Assembly (NCBI GenBank): GCA_045837725.1
Contig: JBEWZL010000184.1
Coordinates: forward strand, 186,001-250,000
Source of the DNA: Vermamoeba vermiformis
Lineage: Eukaryota
Direction of reading: 5' to 3'
Length of the DNA: 64,000 nt
Position numbers and translations under genes: made by a program. Shown one piece after another: positions 53,923-64,000 of the stretch; the first letter of the stretch is position 1, and each line of letters begins with the position of its first letter. The notes under the pieces were generated by a model. That model saw only the letters and a list, made by a program, of their open reading frames with translations. It did no database searches and had not been told where the DNA came from.

Positions 53923-55425
53923 TTATTGTGTCTGATCTGCTTCTCCTTCACCTTCGCCGCCCTCAGTATTTTCTTGATCAACTTGCTCGACTTGTTCGGC
54001 TTCTCCTTCTTGTTCCGGTTGTTCAGCTTGACTCACGCTCTGCTCTCCGTCGACGGTGTTTTGAGTTTGATCTTGCATGCTTTCCACGACAGACTCAGGA
54101 ATCTCTTCGTTAGGTGTCTGTGGCTCACCGTGATCAATCATTTGCTCTTGGCCTTCGCCATCATTGGTTAGCTCGCCTTGCTGAGCCTGCAGTTGTTCAA
54201 GTGCTGCTTGATGAATCTCGTACGCCATTGCCTATGCGATTTATTCAGTTGTTTGTTGTTCTACGGCAATTGTAGCACTCAATTTCGATAAAACTTACGT
54301 GTTCGGTGCTCATATGATTGGGATCGTGCTCGGAATGGCCTGACTGATCCATAACAGCGGTGGTGATAATACTTCCGTCTTGCTGACCTACTTAAAGGGT
54401 CAGTACATGAATTGACATACTACGGAATAGTCTTAGATAGCGGTGTTAGTTATATAATGCTACTTACCATTAAATAGAGTGTACGTGTTCTTGTAGGTTG
54501 GGTTGTAGGGTGTTAAGTAAGATGGAATATATTTAACATCGGGGTGCTATAGTAGTGTTATAGGTGAGTACTAGTATAAATAGAACACAGTGGCAGCCCG
54601 ACGAACCTTATGTGTCATGTGAAATTTGAGCGCGCCTTCCGTGCCATACGCCTTTCGACAATTAATCACCTGATACATAGCATTAGTTCCATTGACTTAC
54701 ATAGACATCCTTATGCAGTTTTATGCTCTTGAGAGTCTTATTAACAATTACCTGACACATGAAAGGTCGGTCGACGCTGCTAGCCTTCCTTCGCGTACGT
54801 TTTTTCGAATTTGTTGGTGTTCCTGAATATGTTCGCCGATCTTCTTCGGGTATTTGTGAATGGGCTGTAAGAATGTATTTATACCACTTTTCGCAGTCCT
54901 ATTGGAAAATTTTTCAGCTTTTTCGTTCGGATGAGAATTAGATGTAACGCTTGTTAGGGAAGGAAAGATAGAACTGAATATTCTATTTAGTACTCAATAT
55001 TATAATATCGTCCTATCCACCCATTCACCAGAATATTTTATTAAAATTAGCTTCTTATTAGTTTTATTTATTTATGAATTTTATAATGACCGACCCTTTT
55101 TTGATTTATTCGCCAATCGCGCTAAAATATTGTACCACATTTCGTCGGTGTATATATTATTATTAATATAGAAATGATACAAACCTCAGCAGTCCTTCCC
55201 AACTTTTCAGCGATCACCGTCCAAGGCTTTTCTCTTTGCTCTGCATGAATCACGATAAATAATCGCTCAGTATCCTCGATAGTCCAATAACCAGCCTATG
55301 CAAATACAATATTAGAATTTTTGTCGCAGATACAGCCATCTCATCGACCGATAACTCACCGTTGGTCGTTGTTCTTCTGTAGGCTTCTCCTCTTCGAGAG
55401 GTGCTTCACCAGGAAGCTCAGCCAT
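53923..55425 (-). CDS. Myb/SANT + C2H2 zinc finger transcription factor with acidic/Gln-rich tail; multi-exon
   Basis: GYWTIEDTERL...PWTVIAEKLGRTAE|DCEKWY; KKRTRRKASSVDRPFMCQ|VINCRKAYGTEGALKFHMTHK|H. Confidence 0.8.
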
Positions 55426-55828
55426 CGTTCTTTAATTGGTCCGAGAACAAATAAGAAATTTAGAGCCCGCGGACAAAGCTGTTTTCGTTTGTTACCGTTG
55501 CTAGCAACGTCAATACGAATACCAACCAGATGACGCTCTTTGCCATGGGCATTACTTAGCAGACACGTCTATTTCAATTGGGTTTCATCGCATTGGTTAA
55601 AGGGTGCTTGATGCTGCACATCCTCTTAAAAATTGAAAGTATCCGAGCACTAAGTACATGATCACAAATAACAAGATGATCAACGATAAATTAGAATGCT
55701 TTAATGGGTTGCGTTCTATTGTAATTACTTAACATTTTTGAAATCCAGCGGAAGGTCACCTCCAAAACGAACTTGACAGCGACTTTTTGTCAGTCCCCTT
55801 TATTTCAAACTTCTTGACACCACGAATC

Positions 55829-58763
55829 ATGAAGATGAATCATGGAGTGCGCATCAGTATTACCCTTCTAGTACTGGTGTGCTCGATCAGCTCAGTGCTT
55901 AGTGTCTCGTGGTGGAATATTTCTGACGCAGCTCTACGAAACCTTCCCGTAAATGAATTTGCATCCTTAACAGCGGAAGAGCTTGGATCCATCCCTCCTC
56001 GAGTAAGTTGAGTTCATACTTGGAATTAATTAAATTAATTATGCAGTTGTAATTAATTGCGCTATTGTAGTCATTCTCGTGGATTTTGATAGCACAAATA
56101 AGCGCTATACCACCAGAAGCGTTCAGTGGTGCTAACTCCTCTCACCTTTCTGGATTGACAGATTCGTGTCGTGGTTTGACATCGAGTCAAGTAGGCAATA
56201 TACGAGGACCAGCATTCAATGGAATAACATCACGCTGCTTCAATGAGTTCACTGAAACCACTTACGCGGGCTTGACAAGCGAACATGTCATCAACTTCAG
56301 CGACTCCGTTTGCCGGGGTAAGTGACTACGAAAAAACATTTTACAACGTCTAATGTGCGTTATTAGGGATGGCTCAGATCACGAGAATACCGAACTTTGC
56401 CTTCATTAGCATGACTCCTCAGTGCGTGGCAGTGTTGGGAGGCACTAGTTGTCGAGCATTGAGCAGTAACATGCTAGCCTCAATCTCTCGAACAGCCTTA
56501 CAAGCATTGACCTCGAGTTGCTTGAACAATTTTGCGGAGAATATATTCGCGCAAAGCACGGCTGACCTCATCTCATCGCTGCCAAGTAGTGCGTGCAGTG
56601 GAATGAGAGCACGACATCTTGCGAACATGTTTGCCCCTGCTGCTTATGGCTTCACAACTGAATGTGTGGCTCAATTCACTTGGCAAACGTGTGAAGGTCT
56701 GATCTCAACTGTGGTCCAGAACTTGTCTCCTCGTGGAGTGGCTGGTCTGACGACAACTTGTGTTCGAGATGTGCCGCAAACAGGTTTCTCGACAATGCCC
56801 GGAGAACTCTTCGCACACTTCAATCCAGTGGCTTGTCAAGGTTTTCAACGAGAGCACATGCGGAACATGCCACCAGTGGCCGCGCCATACTTTTCACCTC
56901 AATGCGTCGGCAACTTCTCTGGCGGTGCTGGCAGTGCGTGCAGAGGGTTGACTGCGGATTTCGTTACTCTGTTGACGCCACAAGCGATCAGTGCCATCGG
57001 ATCCAACTGCATGTGGAGCATTGCTGGAGAAATTTTCGCTTCTTTAACACCTCAACAATATGCAGCATTAAGTCCGCAAGGATGCAGTGGTCTCGCCAAT
57101 TATCAAGCCTCGTTCTTTCCTTTAAGTGCCGCGACAGCACTTACCAAAGAGTGCATCAGTGCCTTTGGATTTAGCTCCGCTGGTGTTTGTGCTGGACTTC
57201 GTGCCGATTTCTTGCGAGCAATGCCGGCAGAAAATATGCGTTATTTGTCACCCGGCTGCATGCGTAACTTGCCTGGAGTGTCACTGCAACAACTTACGAG
57301 CGAGCACTTGCGAAATTTCAACCCGGAAGGCTGCCGTGATTTCCGACTTCCACATTTGCAGAACTTGCCGCCAACAGCTGCATCAGGCCTCACAGCTGCG
57401 TGTCTTCAATTATTTTCAACGGGCTTTTGGGGTGCTTGCAGTGGTCTTTCACAGTTCTTCGTTGGCAACATGTCAGCGGATGCGTTTTCAGGGTTCAATT
57501 CAACTTGTATTTCGAACACTGGACGAAGAGCTTTTGCGTCAATCAACAGTGCTCAAGTCCGACAGATAACTCCCCAAGCATTCGCTGGGTTTGATGTGCT
57601 GCACATGTTGGATATGAACGAGGAAGTGCAGTTTGCGATGAGTGTCGCGCAGATCCAACATCTGACTCCGCGAGGATTTAGCGGTTTTAGACCTGGTCCT
57701 CTTGGCGCATTAATCGAAAGCAACGGCCTCCCTCTCGTCAATCTTTTGCCCGCAGCTCAGACCGCCTTGTACCCTCCTGAATTCGTTACTCGTAAGTGGT
57801 AGTCGCACGGTGAAAGAGTCCTAATAATTTTTCTCAGAATTCAAGTCGTACGTGCCGAGCAAAGTGCCTTTGATGACTTCGTGGGGTGATGTTTCTACTA
57901 ATTTGGCTGGTGCAAGTTGGCTTCAGATAACTTTGTTGCAATCACCAGCACCACTTAATGCCGAGCATATCGTACAATTGGCTCCTTCAACTGCTGCAGG
58001 ACTGCGTGCTGATCAAATAAGGGATATTCATTACACTCACTTTGGTCAATTTACGCCCCAACAAGCACAAAACTTCACCGCTGATATGACGGCAGCGTTG
58101 TCTAGCGTGCAGTTGCAGTCAATACAGCCGAACACATTTGGCAATATAAGTCTTGCGGGCATTAGTGGCCTCCCAGCTTCGCTTATTCCATATGTGACCG
58201 TCGATCAAATCGTGCAGTTGACACGTGCTCAGATGTTCCAAATGAGCTGCTCTCAATTGAACGCCTTCACTGACGCACAAATACAAGTCTTTACACCTGC
58301 TCAGGCTGCCAACTACCGACCAGTAAGTCGTAATATTGCTCGTTTACGTGGTCTAACGCTTGGTTGCAGTTTTTGCGCAGTTGTGCCATGCGTGCCCCGA
58401 CGACTTTTACCAACCCCACAATTGCACATCCTACAGCAGCTCCACATGGAATTAATGCCATCATCGAGTCCCCGACAACGATTATGCCGTTACGTAAGTA
58501 GTGGTGATAAACCTAACCACGCCAATTTTGAACTAACGTCCTTTGAAGTTGTGGGTCTGCTTGTGCCTGGCATCACCGTGTTGACGATAGTGATTATAGT
58601 AATAATCATCGTGGTAAAGCGGCGACAAATGCAACGACGACAGAATGGAGGCATTGAGAATATGATTGGCCAGCCTTACTACGTTGAGGGATCTGGCTGG
58701 ATGCGGATTGTGGATGCTGATGATCAAAATGTTATGATGGTTCCATATAACGCAATGAATTAA
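55829..58763 (+). CDS. Type I membrane protein with Cys-containing ~24-aa solenoid repeats; multi-exon
   Basis: Signal peptide; repeats such as LSP.gc.GL....C; TM VVGLLVPGITVLTIVIIVIIIVV followed by KRR; short cytoplasmic tail. Confidence 0.75.
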
Positions 58764-59061
58764 ACATTTTGTACTTATCAATGGTTCTTTATCGTGCCTG
58801 AATGGTTTTTGCAGCCTGAGGGTGAAACCCTAATTTTAGACATAATTCTCAGGCGTGAAGGCCTTATTAGCCACAATTGCAAGATTCAACTTGCTCCATT
58901 GCATTCAAGCAAGTGAGGATCGTTCACGTGATTCTTTCCTTATCCGACATCGTTCATGAAACAATCGGAACAACAATCAATCTTTTTGAAAATCCACGCA
59001 AAGTTAGTGTTATTTAACATTCAACAAGAAGAAGAAGCTGCTCGTTTGTTACTCCTTAACA

Positions 59062-62000
59062 ATGAGTGGCAACAAGATGTGGATCCTGGCTATCTTTATA
59101 GCGCTGGTGAGCATAGTGCTCTATCAGTACACGCTCCCGATTACACACGCACGTAGCGCTGCAAAAAATAAAGAAAAAGCCCCAGAGCGAAATATTATAG
59201 TTGTTGGAGGTGGCTTAGCTGGCATGAGTGCAGCGATCGAGGTAAAAATTTTTTCCGTGCCAATTTTTCCTTGTAAAAATATTTATTTAAATATATAGGC
59301 CGAGTTGCACGGTGCTAAGGTGACGATTATCGACAAAGAGCCAAAGTAAGTCCAATTTTAATTTCATGAATTTTTTGGATCTGCATGCTCAGTTTTAAAT
59401 TAGCTTCGGAGGCAATTCCGCGAAAGCTTCGTCAGGTAATTACCAAATAGAGCTATAATCAAGTTTAGATTTAACGATGACACCTTTCAGGAATTAATGG
59501 TGTCCTCACCAAAGCCCAAAGATTAGCTAGCATTGATGATAACGTGGAAGAGTTCATTAAGGACACTCTTAAATCAGGACAAGGTGACTACTTCATAAAA
59601 ATCTACAAGCAAATAGCTGACTATTTTTAGGCCTTTCGGATGTGAAGTTGGTTGAAGTTTTAGCGCAAGACTCAACCACTGCCATTGACTGGGTCACCTT
59701 GTTTGGCGTGGATCTCGACGTTTTGTCAAAATGCGGCGGACATTCAGTAAGTTTAGGACAGTATTTCCTTTTTAGTCGATCTGACCGGATTTAGTTCCCC
59801 CGTACGCACCGCTCGAGCGTTGATGAGCGAGGTCGTCCTCGTAACATTGGCTGGGAGATCGTATCAAAGCTCATTGACTACATTAACTCTTTGCCTGATG
59901 ATAGAATCAAAACTATTTACGGCGCTAAAATGACCAAATTGATTACCAATGGCAATGGAGACGTTGTCGGAGTTAAATACCTCGATTTGACGTCGAAGAA
60001 TGAAATTAGCTTGTACGCCGATGCTGTCGTATTGGCTACCGGAGGGTAATTCACAAAAAATTACGCTTGGAATAATCGTATTAATTTTCATTTATTAGTT
60101 ACTCGCGAGATCCCGAGTTGTTGAACAAATACGCCCCGACTATTGCCAAGTTGCCTTCAACCAACGGTAACTTCGCTACTGGTGACGGAGTTAAAGTCGC
60201 TCAAGAAATTGGAGCTAACTTATCGCTGATGGACAAAGTTCAAATTCACCCGACTGGTTTTGTTGATCCCAAGGATCCTAACAACCCGACCAAATGGTTA
60301 GGCCCCGAGGCCTTGCGTGCCAGTGGTGGTATCTTGCTCAACACCAAGGGAGAACGATTCGTGAACGAGTTGGGATTGCGCGATCACGTGACACACGAGA
60401 TCTTCAAGCACTGTCACCCGATGAAACTTGCTGACGGTACTGACGGCCCTGTAGCTTCTTACATCGTGCTCAACGACGAGGCTGTCAACTTGTTCCAAGC
60501 CCCTGTGCTCGAATTCTATCGATGTAAGTTCATCGTATTTGGCTCTATAAGCACGTGTCTAACGCTTTTTCGTAGCCAAGGGATTCGTTCAAGATTTCCC
60601 TAATGCCCAAGCCATGGCAGCTGCTTTGAATATGGACTTCGAGATTGTCAAGTCAACCATCGAGAACTATCGCAAATACAAAGAGGCCAAGAAAGATCCC
60701 TTCGGCAAAGACACCTTCCCCGTTGTGTTCTCAGTCGATGAGCCTCTTCACGTCGCTCTGATTACACCCTCTATTCACTACACTATGGGCGGTCTCACAA
60801 TTGACTCACAAGGACAAGTCCTCAAAAAGGGTACAAAGGAAGGCGAGCACGTTCCTATCAAGGGTTTGTTCGCTGCTGGTGAAGTCACTGGTGGATTGCA
60901 CGGTGAGAACAGATTGGCTGGTAACTCACTCTTGGAATGTGTTGTGTTTGGCCGTCGTGCTGCCAAGTCTGCTGTTGGTACTTACGAACACCCTTATCAC
61001 GAACAATACATCCCTGCTTTCCAGAAGATTAAAGCTATCGTTGGCGAACAAAGGTAAGAGCTACAAATAATCCATCCATGATCTAACTTGTATAGATTCT
61101 CTGAAAAGCCCTACCTTCGTGTTCTCCACGGTCGTGACGCTTCTTACCATCAAAGCAAGATGCCCGATGCTGTCGTGTTCCCTAACACCACCGAAGAAGT
61201 AAGCGAGATTGTCAAAGTCTGCCACGAGTACGGCATTCCCATCGTTCCTTACGGCGTCGGTTCTGCCTTGGAAGGTCACGTGCACGCCATCAAGGGTGGT
61301 CTTACCATTGATATGAGCACGATGAACAACGTCGTCAAGTTCCACGCTGGCGATATGTCCGTGACAGTTCAAGCTGGCATTCGTCGTAAAGCTTTGAACA
61401 CTTGGTTAGAAGACAAGAAAGTGTTTTTCCCTATCGACCCTGGTGCCGATGCTTCGGTAAGTGGTTTAAAGAATCACGTGACGTTTGACTAACCGTGCCG
61501 CAGATCGGTGGTATGACTGCTACGGGTGCTTCTGGCACATTGGCTGTAGGCTACGGCACAATGCGCGAGAACGTCATTCGCCTCAAAGTCGTGTTGCCTG
61601 ATGGCCGAATCATGAATACTGCTTCTCGTGCTCGCAAGTCATCTGCTGGCTACGATTTGACTCACTTGTTTATCGGCTCTGAAGGCACTTTGGGTGTCAT
61701 CACCGAGATCACTCTGAAGGTCTATCGCATTCCTCCTGGCATTGCTGCTGCTGTTTGCTCATTCGAGCAGTAAGTTTAGCTTTCTTAAAGCTAGATTAGG
61801 CATAGTCTAACCTGTCTCCGTAGTGTCGGTGATGCTGCCAACACTGTCATTCAAGCCTCGCAAGAAGGCATCAAGGCTCACAGAATTGAGTTGCTCAACT
61901 CTGAAGCTATTCGTGCCGTCAACATGAAGTTCAATTTGACGTACACCGTTGGTCCTAAACTCTTCTTGGAGTTCCACGGCAATGACGATGGGGTTGTCGC

Positions 62001-62520
62001 AGATATTTCACAGAAATTCATCAAGATCGCCACTGACAACCACGCCATTAACTGTCAAATGACCGTTGACAGCAAGGAACGTGACACGTTGTGGCAAGCC
62101 AGACACGGCGCTTACTGGGCCTCTGCTTCTTTGTGCCGTGGCTGCAAGTTGTACGTGACTGACGTGTGCGTGCCCATCAGCAGACTGTCCGAGTGCGTTG
62201 TTGAGACTGACGATGACTTCAAGACCTCTCATTTGAAGGGTCCGTTATTGGGCCACGTTGGTGACGGCAACTTCCACTTGATGATCCCAATCGACCCCAA
62301 GAATCCGAGGGACTTGCCTGAGGCTCAACGACTCAACGAACGACTTGTCAAACGTGCTATTAGTATGGAAGGTACTTCGACTGGTGAGCACGGTGTTGGT
62401 TTGGGCAAGATTCCATGGGTCTTGTTGGAGCGCGGTGAAATTGCCGTGGAATTGATGCGCAACATCAAGAAGTCGTTTGATCCGAAAGGAATTATGAACC
62501 CTGGCAAGATTTTTGAATAG
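59062..62520 (+). CDS. Fusion: N-terminal anchor + soluble FAD fumarate reductase (Osm1/flavocytochrome c type) + FAD-linked D-lactate dehydrogenase (LDHD/DLD1 type); multi-exon
   Basis: [147 protein letters not shown]. Confidence 0.88.
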
Positions 62521-62700
62521 GCACGTAGTTTAATTTTGATAAATGTAAATTTTTCCTTTGCGTATTCGGTTGCAGATATTTGCAGTGAGTCATTTTTTGC
62601 AAAACAAACAAACAGCGGACTTATTAGACCCGCACACGGTCAGATAATACACAACACGTAAGTTATAGCAAAGCGACAGAATTCTCAGTTTGTGCACGAT

Positions 62701-64000
62701 ATGACACAGCAACTCGACCTAGATCAGAGTTCTTTTTTTAACATTTACGAACTGGTCGGAACGATTATTGGTATTTTAGCAGAGCAAAAAGAAGGCAAAG
62801 CTATTTTTAATATCGGAATGGTATCTAAAAAGTAAGTGTTATTTTCGAGGTCGCCAATGGCTGGTTTAAAGCGATAATTTGCAGGCATAATGAGTACGTT
62901 CACTCTTTAAAAATGTGGAAGTGCTTCCACAATCAAGCGTTGGCATACGACAAGAATGACCGGATCAGTACTCCTTTCGTCAGATCAATAATTAATCACA
63001 CCAACGATCTTCGATTTGCATTAGATATTTACTCTAACAATACCATAAAGCAATATAATGCACTTCAAAAACTGAACCAGCTAATTCGGGATTCAGAAAG
63101 CATACGAGATTTAGTCTCCCGATCAGAGCTGCTTCCTTACTTAGTGCGGCTGCTGGAATCTGCAAATGACAATAGAATATTACAAGTACGTAGAGCTGTG
63201 CTTGCAGTAATACTTGCGTTACTCACATTCCTGCAGCGCGAAGTGATCATCATTTTTACGAACATAGCTGCCGGCACAATGGAGCACCAGCAGAGTGTAA
63301 TTGATGCCGGAGCTTTTAAACCACTGCTACAACTGTTTAAAGTAGATAACATTGATATACAAGGAGAGTGTGCTTTGGCACTGAGCAACACAATACACCG
63401 CAATGTGAAGGTTGAAAGGTTTGTTTCCATCATACTGTTTCACTAACGATTCCTTAGTTGAGCAACGAGCTGTTCGAATCAGGAGTACTTGACGTGATTC
63501 ATCATATTCTAGAATTCAGTAAGAACAACTTTGCTGCCCTAAACTGCATGTTTCTTTGTGAAAATCTTGGCAAAGTTAGCCCCCGCATGTTGAACCTGCT
63601 GCTGCCTACCATTCCTTTCGTAGTGAATACACTCGTAGCACCTCATTACGAGAAAAGGACTAGAGACCAAGCTTGTTCGTTTCTTCGTGAGCTAATTCTC
63701 ATAAACTTAACACTACCTTTTGAGCGCCTTCAACAAACGAAGAATGCTTTACAGACCATCGTTAACTTGATGACGTAAGTAAATAGCAGCCAGTGGTAGT
63801 GCAGATGAATTTGTTACCCAAAGTGATTATCTTATTTAGCACTCAACTCTCGGCATTGGTTGTTCTAAAGGAGATAGTTTTCAAGGGCTCCACTATGCAC
63901 ATTCAAGAAATTTTGAGCGCAGGATTCATGAATCAGGCAAAAAACATACTTAGGAGTCAATTCATCAACGTTGGCTATGTGCGATCGGTACTTTGGATCC
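62701..64000 (+). CDS. Importin-alpha-like armadillo repeat protein (partial, runs off window end)
   Basis: LLPYLVRLL...LQ.EV...FTNIAAGT.EHQQSVIDAGA...LLQL...IDIQGECALALSN. Confidence 0.7.

Overview
This is gene-dense eukaryotic nuclear DNA in the standard genetic code, not prokaryotic. Introns are short (mostly ~40-200 nt), with GTAAGT/GTACGT donors and CTAAC/CTAAT branch points, so most ORF-track entries are exon fragments. Gene content and style suggest a free-living protist, probably an amoebozoan (inference; the species cannot be identified from this window). About 33 genes were reconstructed by eye, and exon boundaries are approximate. Recognisable genes: ATP11, a cytochrome b5-like protein, RBX1, a p62-like PB1-ZZ-UBA protein, ALDH8A1, CDC26, LYRM9, SPRING1/C12orf49, a RasGEF, SmF, TFB5, a SAM-phosphatase, a hemerythrin, NBAS, a CLC channel, a DEP-PX protein, a Myb+C2H2 protein and an importin-alpha-like ARM protein. 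Most notable: (1) two dispersed paralogous secreted 'fibre' genes that share a signal peptide, N-terminal cap and LPDxSxxNELQ stalk repeat but have unrelated heads, one being a phage tail-collar/HxH tip; (2) an in-frame spliced fusion of an Osm1-type fumarate reductase to a D-lactate dehydrogenase; (3) a U12-type intron in a RasGEF that is fused to a CxxC-less peroxiredoxin-like domain; (4) an LRR protein with five copies of an unrecognised basic repeat plus an AT-hook; (5) an intronless orphan tandem triplet. No rRNA, tRNA, CRISPR array or transposase was seen.
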